Source: an uncultured Trueperaceae bacterium
GTDB lineage: Bacteria > Deinococcota > Deinococci > Deinococcales > Trueperaceae
Length of the DNA stretch: 64,000 nucleotides
Assembly (NCBI GenBank): GCA_963799485.1
Contig: CAWCXJ010000008.1
Span: forward strand, 256,001-320,000
Reading direction: 5' to 3'
Numbering within the stretch: the first letter of the stretch is position 1; the number at the start of each line of letters is the position of its first letter. The position numbers were made by a program, and so were the translations under genes. The notes beneath the pieces were generated by a model, which worked only from the letters and a program-made list of their open reading frames with translations, made no database searches and was not told the DNA's origin. This document shows, one piece after another, positions 40,143 through 49,783 of this stretch.

Positions 40143-40911
40143 TTACCTGAACGTTTTACGGGCCAATCTGCGTAAAGTTGCCACCGAGATGCGGCGCTAC
40201 TTACCCAACACCATCAGCACGGTGATTACCTTTTACGCGATATTCCTGATGTTTTTTCTGGGGATTCAGGTCTTGGGCGCACCAGAAAGTGCCGGGGTGA
40301 ATACGCAGTACGTCATCGTCAGTACGGCGCTGTGGTTTTTGGCGCTGATGGCGATGCAGGGTATCGGCTGGGAGATTACGCTCGAGGCGACGCGCGGCAC
40401 CCTCGAGCAGCTTTATATGTCACCGATGGGTGCGTGGCGGATTTTGCTGGCGCGGATGGTTGGAACGGTTCTGGTGAACCTCGTCATCATCGTGCTGATG
40501 GTCTTTTTGAGTATGCTTACGGCGCGGCAGTGGCTGAATCTCGACCTCGTAACGCTCTTACCTATCTTGTTTTTGACAATTGTCGGGATGCTCGGTGTCG
40601 GCTTTATGGTCGCGGGTTTGGCGCTCGTTTATAAACAGGTCGATTCACTTTTGCAAATCGCGCAGTTCGTCTTTTTGGCGCTTGTGGCTGTGCCGCTCTC
40701 GGCTGCGCCACTCTTAGAACTTGCGCCCGTTGTTAAAGGGGCCGATATGGTGCGCGAAGTGATGGTCGAAGGGAAAGCTTTAGGCGGGTTCGGGGGGCTC
40801 GAGTGGGCCTCTTTAGTCGTCAATGCGGCGGTTTACTTTCTGCTGGGTGTTTTTCTCTACCAACGCGCTGAGCGCCGTGCGCTAAACCGGGGGTTGTTGG
40901 GACAATACTGA
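40135..40911 (+). CDS. ABC-2 type permease
   Basis: EATRGTLEQLYMSP and about 6 TM helices. Confidence 0.9.
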   Translation: MASYLNVLRANLRKVATEMRRYLPNTISTVITFYAIFLMFFLGIQVLGAPESAGVNTQYVIVSTALWFLALMAMQGIGWEITLEATRGTLEQLYMSPMGAWRILLARMVGTVLVNLVIIVLMVFLSMLTARQWLNLDLVTLLPILFLTIVGMLGVGFMVAGLALVYKQVDSLLQIAQFVFLALVAVPLSAAPLLELAPVVKGADMVREVMVEGKALGGFGGLEWASLVVNAAVYFLLGVFLYQRAERRALNRGLLGQY

Positions 40912-41049
40912 TTTTGTACCGGGCACGTTCTGTTCAGCTTCTTTTAAGTCCGTTGTATACTGCTTTTGTTCTATCATTTACCCCTACCTAAACATAAGTG
41001 GGGGAACATAAAGTAGGGGGATTTCCCAAACACCTTCTAGGAGGCTCCG

Positions 41050-42357
41050 ATGACCCATACCGCCAGCAAAACCCAAGACTTGAGAGCGCGCCAGCAAAAA
41101 TACCTCGCGCCGAGCCTCACCAACATGCTCTACTACGGCGACGACCCCATTGCTGTAGACCACGCCAAAGACCAGTACCTCTGGGACGTTGAGGGTACGC
41201 GCTATCTGGACTTTTTCGGCGGTATTTTAACCGTCTCTATCGGGCACTGTAACGACGAAGTGGTCGAGGCGACCTATCGGCAGATGAAGCGGACGGGACA
41301 CACCAGCACTTTATACATCAACGAAATAACCTTAAAGGTCGCTGAAAAGATTGCTGAGCTTACGCCTGGACGCCTGCAACACTCGTTTTTTACCAATTCG
41401 GGTACCGAGGCCGACGAAACGGCGATTATGGCGGCCCGCGTCTACACCGGCAACACCGACATTATCGCCCTGCGGCACGCCTATTCGGGGCGCTCGAGCG
41501 CCATGATGGGAATGACCGCGCACGCCAACTGGAAGCTCGGCGGCGTCTATGACGGCACTATCAAACATGTCCGCAGTCCGAACATGTACCGCCGACCCGA
41601 CGGGATGAGTGAAGCGGCCTATCTGGACTTTCTGGTCGAGGATTTCGAAGACTTTTTAGCCACCTCTACAGACGGTAAAATTGCGGCGTTTATGGCAGAG
41701 CCGATTCAGGGCGTCGGCGGCTTCGGCGTCGTGCCGAAAGAGTACTTCAAACGGATTTTGCCGCTCGTCAAAGCAGCGGGCGGGGTGCTGATTATCGATG
41801 AGGTGCAGACCGGGTGGGGCCGGACGGGTCGGTACTGGTGTGGTATCGAACACTGGGGCGTCGAACCCGACATCATGACCTTTGCCAAGGGGATTGCCAA
41901 CGGTGCGCCGGTCGGCTGCACGGTGATGACGCCCGAAGTGGCCGAAGCGCTGAGCGGGTTGACGCTTTCGACTTACGGCGGTAATCCGGTATCGATGGCG
42001 CAGACTTATGCGACGATCTCTTATATCGAAAAGCACAAGCTCTGGGAGAACGCCGAAACGCAAGGCGGTGCGCTCCGTGCTTTCATGGACGGACAGGGCG
42101 AACGCTACGACTTTATCGGTGATGTGCGCGGTATGGGGCTGATGCAGGCGTTTGAGATGGTGCAGCCGGGAACCCGAAAACCCGACGCGGCGCGGGCCAA
42201 CGCACTCGTCAATGCGGCGCGTAAACGGGGCTTGCTCATCGGTAAGGGCGGGCGTTACAGCAACGTCAACCGGATTGCGCCGCACCTGAATGTTTCAGCC
42301 CAAGATATGACCGCGGGGTGTGATTTGTTGGGACAGGCGCTCGCCGACATTGCCTAA
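41050..42357 (+). CDS. Class III PLP aminotransferase (AGXT2-like)
   Basis: YLDFFGG, NSGTEADE, AEPIQG, DEVQTGWGRTG, FAKG. Confidence 0.92.
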   Translation: MTHTASKTQDLRARQQKYLAPSLTNMLYYGDDPIAVDHAKDQYLWDVEGTRYLDFFGGILTVSIGHCNDEVVEATYRQMKRTGHTSTLYINEITLKVAEKIAELTPGRLQHSFFTNSGTEADETAIMAARVYTGNTDIIALRHAYSGRSSAMMGMTAHANWKLGGVYDGTIKHVRSPNMYRRPDGMSEAAYLDFLVEDFEDFLATSTDGKIAAFMAEPIQGVGGFGVVPKEYFKRILPLVKAAGGVLIIDEVQTGWGRTGRYWCGIEHWGVEPDIMTFAKGIANGAPVGCTVMTPEVAEALSGLTLSTYGGNPVSMAQTYATISYIEKHKLWENAETQGGALRAFMDGQGERYDFIGDVRGMGLMQAFEMVQPGTRKPDAARANALVNAARKRGLLIGKGGRYSNVNRIAPHLNVSAQDMTAGCDLLGQALADIA

Positions 42358-43063
42358 ACGGTCTGGTGTGGCCCTCGAGCTCTGCACCGAAAACGTCGCC
42401 GGGGTTCTGGTAGCAGAGGCGGCGGGCGTCCACCGAATTGAGCTTTGCAGCGCCCTCGCCGAGGGCGGCGTCACCCCGAGTTTGGGGTTGTTCAAGCAGG
42501 TGAAGGCGCGGTCACAATTGCCGATCCATGTACTGATTCGGCCCCGGGCAGGAGATTTTTGCTATGAGGAACTCGAGCTCTCGGTTATGCTGGACGACGT
42601 TGCCCGGTTCCGAGAGGTGGGCGCGGCAGGTTTGGTCTTTGGCGCACTGACCACTGACAGGACGCTCGACCTGCCGGGGATGAAGCGGCTGCTGACCGCC
42701 GCCGACCCGCTACCCGTGACCTTTCACCGCGCCTTCGACGTTTGCCGGGAACCTTTCAAGGTTTTGGAGCAGCTTGTCGCGTTAGGCGTCGTGCGCCTTC
42801 TGACTTCCGGGCAACAACCGGACGCTTTAGCCGGTGTTCCCCTCTTAAAAGCGCTGAATGAACAAGCTGCTGAACGTATCGTCATCATGGCAGGCGGCGG
42901 TATCCGGGCGTCGAACGCGGCGCGGATCGTGCGAGAAACCGGCGTTAATGAATTGCATTTCTCTGCCCAAAAACCTGTGCAACTGCCCTTTTCCCCTTTT
43001 TCTTTCGGTTCCCCGGCGTTGACCGACGCCGCAGCTACCAAAGCGTTAGCGAGGCGTCTTTAG
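42350..43063 (+). CDS. cutC: CutC-family TIM-barrel protein
   Basis: RIELC..L.EGG.TPS, LIRPR.GDF.Y, TFHRAFD, LTSG; start uncertain. Confidence 0.9.
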   Translation: MPKRSGVALELCTENVAGVLVAEAAGVHRIELCSALAEGGVTPSLGLFKQVKARSQLPIHVLIRPRAGDFCYEELELSVMLDDVARFREVGAAGLVFGALTTDRTLDLPGMKRLLTAADPLPVTFHRAFDVCREPFKVLEQLVALGVVRLLTSGQQPDALAGVPLLKALNEQAAERIVIMAGGGIRASNAARIVRETGVNELHFSAQKPVQLPFSPFSFGSPALTDAAATKALARRL

Positions 43064-44478
43064 TGCACTACCGCATCGCTTTCGGCGGGATTTACACCGA
43101 ATCGAGCACCTTCAATCCCGTACCGACCCACGCTGAAGATTTTCGGGTGCTGTGCGGCGACGCCCTGCGGCAGAGTGAACGCTACCGCTTTTTAGACGCC
43201 TACGACGCCGAGTTTTTACCGACGCTGCACGCTAGGGCGCTTCCCGGTGGGCCGGTAACTTCCGAGGCTTACGGGGCGTTCAAAGACGAGTTCTTAGAGC
43301 GGCTCGTTAAACTCGGCCCCGTAAACGGCCTCTACCTCGACATGCACGGCGCGATGAACGTTTCCGGGATGGACGACGCTGAAGGGGACTGGATTACGGC
43401 GGCGCGGGCGGTCGTCGGGCCGGAATGCTTGATCGTCGCAAGTTACGACCTGCACGGCAACCTTTCACGGCGTATCGTTGACGCGCTCGACGGCTTGAGT
43501 GCGTTTCGTACCGCGCCGCATATCGACGTTGTAGAGACCAAAAAACGTGCTTGTACGCTGCTTGTCAACGCACTTTACGGTAAATATCGGCCCCGGCTCG
43601 AGTGGCTGCCTATCCCGGTCGTCTTGCCCGGTGAAATGACCGCTACCGACGACGAACCGGCCCGGAGTCTTTACGGCAGTTTGCCTAGCATCGACGCGGT
43701 AGACGGCATTCTCGACGCTTCGCTGCTGGTCGGGTACGTCTGGGCCGATGAGCCGAGGGCGGGGGCAAGCGTGGTGCTGACCGGAACGGATAAGGGTGTG
43801 TTAAAACGCGAAGCCGCGCAACTTGCCGAACGTTACTGGAACGCCCGCCGTGCGTTTCGCTTTGGCGTCCCGGCAGGGAGTTTGACGTGGTGTTTGGAGC
43901 AGTTTGCCACGCTGGACAGCTATCCGGTCATCCTGAGCGATTCCGGTGACAACCCGACGGGCGGCGGGGTCGGCGATACGACGTTTGTTTTAGAAGCGTT
44001 GCTGGAGCGCAACATAGAGGGTGCGGTTGTCGCCGGACTCGCCGACGCGCCCGCCGTAAACGCGTGTTATACAGCGGGGGCAGGGGCGAGCCTCGAGCTG
44101 ACCCTCGGCGCAACCCTAGACCCGGAGACGAGCCGACCTCTGGATGTACGTGCTCACGTCGTCCATTTAGCGCCCGCTGAGACCGACCGCGAACGCCAAG
44201 CCGTCGTTCAGATCGGCGCAGTCAAGGTCATTCTAAGCGCTGCCCGTCGCCCCTATCATTATCCAGCAGATATTGAACGGTTAGGTCTCGAGCTTTCAAA
44301 AGTGCGCTTGCTGGTGGTTAAATCGGGTTACTTAACGGCTGAACTGACGCGTGCGGCGGCCCATACGCTGCTCGCCTTGACGCCCGGAACGGTGAGTCAA
44401 GAGCTGAACAACCTGACCTACAAAAGACAGGGGGCGAGGTTTCCGCTCGAGCCCAACTTAACCTGGACGCCCGGATAA
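43063..44478 (+). CDS. M81 (MlrC-like) metallohydrolase
   Basis: ES.TF, DMHGAM, DLHGN, TAPHID, DSGDNPTGGG, VVKSGY. Confidence 0.9.
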   Translation: MHYRIAFGGIYTESSTFNPVPTHAEDFRVLCGDALRQSERYRFLDAYDAEFLPTLHARALPGGPVTSEAYGAFKDEFLERLVKLGPVNGLYLDMHGAMNVSGMDDAEGDWITAARAVVGPECLIVASYDLHGNLSRRIVDALDGLSAFRTAPHIDVVETKKRACTLLVNALYGKYRPRLEWLPIPVVLPGEMTATDDEPARSLYGSLPSIDAVDGILDASLLVGYVWADEPRAGASVVLTGTDKGVLKREAAQLAERYWNARRAFRFGVPAGSLTWCLEQFATLDSYPVILSDSGDNPTGGGVGDTTFVLEALLERNIEGAVVAGLADAPAVNACYTAGAGASLELTLGATLDPETSRPLDVRAHVVHLAPAETDRERQAVVQIGAVKVILSAARRPYHYPADIERLGLELSKVRLLVVKSGYLTAELTRAAAHTLLALTPGTVSQELNNLTYKRQGARFPLEPNLTWTPG

Positions 44479-44617
44479 TTGGGGCATAACACGTTTCGAC
44501 TTTCTTACTCCCCGATCGTTGTTTCTTACGCTCGAATGAGCTTTTCATGACAAGATTGGTAGCCTAGTGGTATACTCAGCGCGTAAGCATTTTAGGTAAA
44601 ATCTGAGGAGGTCGGTT

Positions 44618-46372
44618 ATGTGGCGCAGGTTTAAGAAAGTCTCGCTCAAAGCTGTTTTCGTCTTAGCGCTGTTGGGTACGCTTCTGGGTACGGCGGCGGC
44701 GCAAGAAGGCCCGACGTTTTACGGCGGCTATCCGTATCCGGTTCCCCCCGACGGTCACTTCAATACCTTTGCCACAAACGCGATCAACTTTTACGGCTTT
44801 TATTCGGATTTACTCGAGCCCCCCTTAGGTGTCTACAAATGGGCCGAGGGTGAATACGAAGGGATGCTCGCCGAGGAGTTCGGCTTTGACGGCAGCGACT
44901 ACATCGTCACGCTCAAAGACGGCGTCACCTGGAGCGACGGCACGCCGTTTTCTTCGGCCGACGTGGTAACGACGTTTAACGTCCTTTACCTACTCAACGC
45001 CCCCGTTTGGGACGGTTTGGAGCGCGTCGAGGCCGTTGACGAACGGACGGTCAGGTTCGTTTTTAACGAGCCGTCGTTCGCTGCCGAGCGGCAGATCATG
45101 GTCGAGGCGATCCGCGCCAACAGCGTTTACGGCGACTTCGGCGAGCGTGCCGCCGCGCTTATCGAAGAGGGCGTTACCTCGGACGACGAAGCGTTCGGCG
45201 ACCTGCTGACCGAGCTAACCGAATTCCGCCCCGAGCAGTACGTCACCTCCGGCCCCTACACCCTCACCAGGAATAACGTCGGTGACGCGCGCGCCCTGCT
45301 GACTAAAAACGACGGCGGCTTTAACGCCGACGTGGTGCGGTTCGACAACATCGTCTTGTGGAACGGCGAGACCGAAACCGTCACCCCGCTCGTCACGGCG
45401 GGCGAACTCTGGTACGGCACCTACGGCTTTCCGCCCGCGACCGAAGCGGCGTTTGTCGATCAGGGTATCGACATCATCCGCGGCCCGCTCTACTCCGGCC
45501 CGGCGCTGTACTTCAACCACACCATTGCGCCCCTAGACCGCCCCGAAGTGCGCCGCGCTCTAGCTCACGCCATCGACCGCGATGAAAACGGCTTCGTCGC
45601 ATTGGGCGACTCGGGGGTTGCCGTTGAATACATGTCTGGGATGAGCGACCTTATTGCGGAAAATACCGTCGATGAAGCGGTCTTGGACGAACTCGACACC
45701 TACGATTACGACCCCGAGCTGGCCGCGCAGATGCTCATGGACATCGGTTTTACCAAAGGGGACGACGGCGTGTGGGTCGACGACACCGGCAAACGCATGG
45801 CGTTTACGCTTATCTTCCCGTCCGATTACGCAGATTGGGCCGCCGCCGCTGAAAACGCCACGCAAGCGCTCAACGATTTCGGCTTCGACATTACCGCGCG
45901 CGGCGTGTTATCGGCGCAGCAGCAGCAAGACGTGTACGACGGTAACTTCGAGCTGGCCATTCGCAACTGGGGCGCGGCAAGTCCGCTGCCTTATGTGAGC
46001 TATCTCGAGCCGTATCAGCGCTACAACGGCCAGGGTCAGCTCGCCGGTGAAGGCACCGGGGGCGGGATGGGTTTTGATACCAACGTGACCTATTCGGGTG
46101 GCGAGGTCGACCTCTTGGAGCTGGCGCTGGCGTCGTCTCGAGGTCTCGACGAAGCGCAGCAGCGTGAACAGGCCGGAGAACTGGCAAAATCGTACAACGA
46201 ACTCCTGCCCGCAATTCCGCTCTGGGAGCGTTACGGCAACAACCCCCTAAACCGCGAATTTGTCGACGCGCCGCCGAGTGACGACCCGATCTACCAAAAC
46301 GGCACCGCCATTCCCGACCCGTTTATGACCTACTTGCTGCTGACCGGGGGCATCGGCCCCGCAGCTCAGTAA
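44618..46372 (+). CDS. Opp/Dpp-family (SBP_bac_5) substrate-binding protein
   Basis: Signal peptide, GVTWSDGTPFSSADV, VRRALAHAIDR. Confidence 0.9.
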   Translation: MWRRFKKVSLKAVFVLALLGTLLGTAAAQEGPTFYGGYPYPVPPDGHFNTFATNAINFYGFYSDLLEPPLGVYKWAEGEYEGMLAEEFGFDGSDYIVTLKDGVTWSDGTPFSSADVVTTFNVLYLLNAPVWDGLERVEAVDERTVRFVFNEPSFAAERQIMVEAIRANSVYGDFGERAAALIEEGVTSDDEAFGDLLTELTEFRPEQYVTSGPYTLTRNNVGDARALLTKNDGGFNADVVRFDNIVLWNGETETVTPLVTAGELWYGTYGFPPATEAAFVDQGIDIIRGPLYSGPALYFNHTIAPLDRPEVRRALAHAIDRDENGFVALGDSGVAVEYMSGMSDLIAENTVDEAVLDELDTYDYDPELAAQMLMDIGFTKGDDGVWVDDTGKRMAFTLIFPSDYADWAAAAENATQALNDFGFDITARGVLSAQQQQDVYDGNFELAIRNWGAASPLPYVSYLEPYQRYNGQGQLAGEGTGGGMGFDTNVTYSGGEVDLLELALASSRGLDEAQQREQAGELAKSYNELLPAIPLWERYGNNPLNREFVDAPPSDDPIYQNGTAIPDPFMTYLLLTGGIGPAAQ

Positions 46373-46380
46373 ACGAAACG

Positions 46381-46414
46381 TCAGGGGTAGAGCTGCGCCA
46401 AGCTCTGCCCCTGA
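46381..46414 (+). terminator. Intercistronic stem-loop after the substrate-binding protein
   Basis: tcaggggtagagct...agctctgcccctga. Confidence 0.65.
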
Positions 46415-46515
46415 ACATTTGCAGATGAGGTTCAGAGAACGCCGCGAAGAACGCCGTAAAAAAAGCTGCCAAAAAGCTGTAAAAGGGGTTGCAACCCCCT
46501 TACGAGAGGACGTGT

Positions 46516-47589
46516 ATGCAACCCTCTAAAACGCTTGCCGGCCCCCCACCCGTCACAAGCAACTGGCTTCAGCGGGTAGTCTCGAGCTACGCTGTCCGCA
46601 CACTCTTGCAGGCGCTGCTCACCATCTGGGCCGTCGCGACCTTCACCTTCTTCTTGATCCGGTTGATGCCCGGCAATCCTGTCGATGTGTACGTCGGCTT
46701 TTTGATGAACCAGTCGAATGTGACCTACAGAGAAGCGCTTCAGCAGGCCGCCTCGCAGTTCTCCTTCGACCCGAACGCGAGCGTGTTCCAGCAATACCTG
46801 GGCTACCTGGGCGACCTCGTGCGCGGTGATCTGGGTCGCTCCATCACCTCGACCGGCACCCGGGTCATCGACCAGATTGCCCGGTACCTGCCCTGGACGC
46901 TCTTTAGCGTCGGGCTCGGGCTGCTGCTCAGCTTTATCATCGGGATGCTCTCCGGTATGCTGATTGCTTATTACCGCAACTCGGCGCTCGACACCTTTGT
47001 CTCGTTTTTCGCCGCAGTTTTGGGCGCAGTACCGGACTATATCTGGGGTCTCCTTATCTTGGTGATTTTCGGCGTGCAACTCGGTTGGTTTAATATCGGG
47101 CAACTGCGCGGTACCTATGACCCCAACCTGACGCCCGGCTTTACCCCGGCGTTTATCTGGAGCGTTTTACAGCACGCCTTTTTGCCGGTTTTGGTCTACA
47201 TTATCGGCACACTCGGCAGCTGGACGCTCAATATGCGGAGCAGCACCATCAGCGTGTTGGGCGAAGATTATGTCAATGTGGCGAGGGCCCGCGGCCTGTC
47301 GCCGGGGCGCATCGCCGGAACCTACGTCGGGCGCAACGCGGCGCTGCCGCTGTTTACGCTGCTCGCGGTCAACATCGGTCTGGTCATCGGCGGCAGCGTG
47401 ATTATCGAAGAGCTGTTCGTTTACAAAGGCATCGGCAGTTTTTTATTTTTTTCCATTTCACAGCGCGACTACACCTCGATGCAGGGGGTATTTCTGGTAA
47501 TCGCTATTTCGGTTGTGGTGGCAAATATTTTGGCTGACCTGCTCTATAGCCGCCTCGACCCCCGGGTACGGGTAGAGGGAGAAGGCTGA
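46516..47589 (+). CDS. OppB-like ABC permease
   Basis: RLMPGNP, GDLGRS, EDYV..ARARGL, LDPRV. Confidence 0.92.
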   Translation: MQPSKTLAGPPPVTSNWLQRVVSSYAVRTLLQALLTIWAVATFTFFLIRLMPGNPVDVYVGFLMNQSNVTYREALQQAASQFSFDPNASVFQQYLGYLGDLVRGDLGRSITSTGTRVIDQIARYLPWTLFSVGLGLLLSFIIGMLSGMLIAYYRNSALDTFVSFFAAVLGAVPDYIWGLLILVIFGVQLGWFNIGQLRGTYDPNLTPGFTPAFIWSVLQHAFLPVLVYIIGTLGSWTLNMRSSTISVLGEDYVNVARARGLSPGRIAGTYVGRNAALPLFTLLAVNIGLVIGGSVIIEELFVYKGIGSFLFFSISQRDYTSMQGVFLVIAISVVVANILADLLYSRLDPRVRVEGEG

Positions 47590-48743
47590 TGGGCGGTGTA
47601 GGACGGTTTTTTCGGGCGCTCGGGCGCACCAGAGCGGGGCTTATCGGTTTTGTCGGCTTGGTTTTTTACGCGCTGCTGGTCTTTATCGGGCCGCTCTTCG
47701 TGCCCTTTGACAACGAGGTCAAAACCGATCAGGTCAACGCGCCGCCGGGCTCACGCTTGGAGCTTGTCACCCGCGCCGCCGACGCTGAGCGCTACACGTC
47801 GCTGGCGTCGTTGGAGGGTCAGGTTATCGGTTACGTCCGCAGTTCAGCGGGCGAAGATATGGTTGGCCCCTTGGAGGACACGTTTGAAGACACCGAGGGC
47901 TACCGCCGGGGTGCGGGTGTCGAAGACGGTTTAGAAGAACTCGCAGACGATAAGATTGACGCGCTCGTGTTGTTCTCCGAATCGCTCAAAACCTACCCTG
48001 TCGGCCCCGGTACCGATTTTCCCGGTTTGGCAGTCTCGAACGCCGCGCTCGGCCCCCGCCATCTGCTCGGCACCGATACGCAGGGGCGCGACATCTTCAG
48101 CCACATCGTCAACGGAGGCCGCACACTTATTGTGACAGCGCTTCTGGCGGGCCTGATTTCGACGACGATTGCCGTTTTGCTCGGGTCGCTCGCTGCGCTT
48201 TTAGGTGGCCCGGTCGACCGGGTGCTGACGGCACTGGCGAACTTCATCCTGGTACTCCCGCGTTTTCCGCTCTTGATCGTGTTGGCGGCGCTTTTTACGC
48301 TCAACAATATCTTGCTGTTGGCGACGCTCATCGGTCTTTTGGTGTGGCCTGCGCTGATGCGGGCGGTGCGCGCGCAGGTCTTGAGTTTGCGTGAACGCGA
48401 CTACGTCGAGGCGGCGCGGGCGCTCGATTTGGGCCGCCGTCACATCATCCTCCGTGAAATCCTGCCGAACATGATGAGTTTCGTGCTGATCAACCTGATT
48501 TTGGCGGTAACGTTTGCCATGTACGACCAGATCGGTCTGATTTTTCTCGGGATGGCCCCCATCAACGATTACTCTTGGGGCGTGATGCTCTACTTTGGGC
48601 GGACGCGGGGGGCGCTTTTTAGCCCCGACAGCGCCGCGATGGTGCTTGCGCCGGTGGTGGCGATTGCGCTTTTTCAGGTAAGCATGGTGATGTTTGCTCG
48701 GGCCTTAGAGGAAGTCTTTGACCCCCGGTTGCGGGCAGCCTGA
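47589..48743 (+). CDS. OppC-like ABC permease with inserted extracytoplasmic domain
   Basis: HLLGTDTQGRD, RERDYVEAARA, ILPN; about 104-aa insert after APP. Confidence 0.9.
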   Translation: MGGVGRFFRALGRTRAGLIGFVGLVFYALLVFIGPLFVPFDNEVKTDQVNAPPGSRLELVTRAADAERYTSLASLEGQVIGYVRSSAGEDMVGPLEDTFEDTEGYRRGAGVEDGLEELADDKIDALVLFSESLKTYPVGPGTDFPGLAVSNAALGPRHLLGTDTQGRDIFSHIVNGGRTLIVTALLAGLISTTIAVLLGSLAALLGGPVDRVLTALANFILVLPRFPLLIVLAALFTLNNILLLATLIGLLVWPALMRAVRAQVLSLRERDYVEAARALDLGRRHIILREILPNMMSFVLINLILAVTFAMYDQIGLIFLGMAPINDYSWGVMLYFGRTRGALFSPDSAAMVLAPVVAIALFQVSMVMFARALEEVFDPRLRAA

Positions 48744-49783
48744 TGGCTGCAAAGATGGGTGAGAAGGTACTCGAGGTCGAAAATGTGTCCGTCGCCTACG
48801 CTGCCGCGCGCGGCGCAGTCCGGGCCGTCAACGACGTATCGTTCACCCTCCACCGGGGCGAAGCACTCGCACTCATCGGGGAGTCGGGCAGCGGGAAGAC
48901 CACCCTGTCACTCGCGCTTATTCGGATGCTGGTACGCTCCGCGAAAGTGACGCGGGGCGGCGTCCGCTACTTCAAAGACGGCAAAACCCAAGACGTGCTG
49001 GCGATGAGTGAACGTGAACTCCGGCGCTTTCGCTGGAACGAGTGTGCGATGGTCTTTCAGGGCGCACAAAACGCCTTTAACCCGGTGCTAAAGATTCACG
49101 AGCAGTTTTTAGATACCGCCTACGCGCACGGCGAACGCAGTGCGGCAAAGATCAAACAGCGGACGTTGGAGCTGTTCAAACTCGTCCGGCTCGACCCCGA
49201 GCGGGTCTGGCACAGCTATCCGCACGAGCTCTCCGGTGGCATGAAACAGCGGGCGCTGTTGGCTTTAGGTGTCTTGCTCGACCCGCAGGTCGTGATTCTG
49301 GACGAACCGACCACCGCGCTCGACATCCTCACCCAACGCGCGATTATCGACGTTTTAAGCGAGATGCAGGAGCGCCTCGGTTTCAGCATCATCTTTATCA
49401 GTCACGACCTGGCGCTTGCAGCAGAGATGGCCGACCGGGTGGCGACGATGTACGCCGGTGAAATCGTCGAGCTGGGCGCGGTTGACGATATTTTCTATAA
49501 GCCGCTGCACCCTTATACGCTCGGACTGCTCCGCTCGGTGCCGCGTCTGAGCGGGTCGCTCGATTTGGTGAGCATCGCCGGGACGCCGCCCGACCTCATC
49601 GACCCGCCGCCGGGGTGCAAGTTTCATCCGCGTTGCCCTTTTGCGAGTGAACGCTGCAAAAAAGAAGCTCCGCCACTGACCGATTTCGGTGACGCACACG
49701 CGGCGGCGTGCTGGCATACCGAAAAAGTCGTCGAGGCTCGTGAGGGGCTGTGGGACAAAGACACGATTCCGGTGAACGGGTGA
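48743..49783 (+). CDS. OppD-like ABC ATPase
   Basis: GESGSGKT, YPHELSGGMKQR, HPYT, GCKFHPRC. Confidence 0.93.
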   Translation: MAAKMGEKVLEVENVSVAYAAARGAVRAVNDVSFTLHRGEALALIGESGSGKTTLSLALIRMLVRSAKVTRGGVRYFKDGKTQDVLAMSERELRRFRWNECAMVFQGAQNAFNPVLKIHEQFLDTAYAHGERSAAKIKQRTLELFKLVRLDPERVWHSYPHELSGGMKQRALLALGVLLDPQVVILDEPTTALDILTQRAIIDVLSEMQERLGFSIIFISHDLALAAEMADRVATMYAGEIVELGAVDDIFYKPLHPYTLGLLRSVPRLSGSLDLVSIAGTPPDLIDPPPGCKFHPRCPFASERCKKEAPPLTDFGDAHAAACWHTEKVVEAREGLWDKDTIPVNG

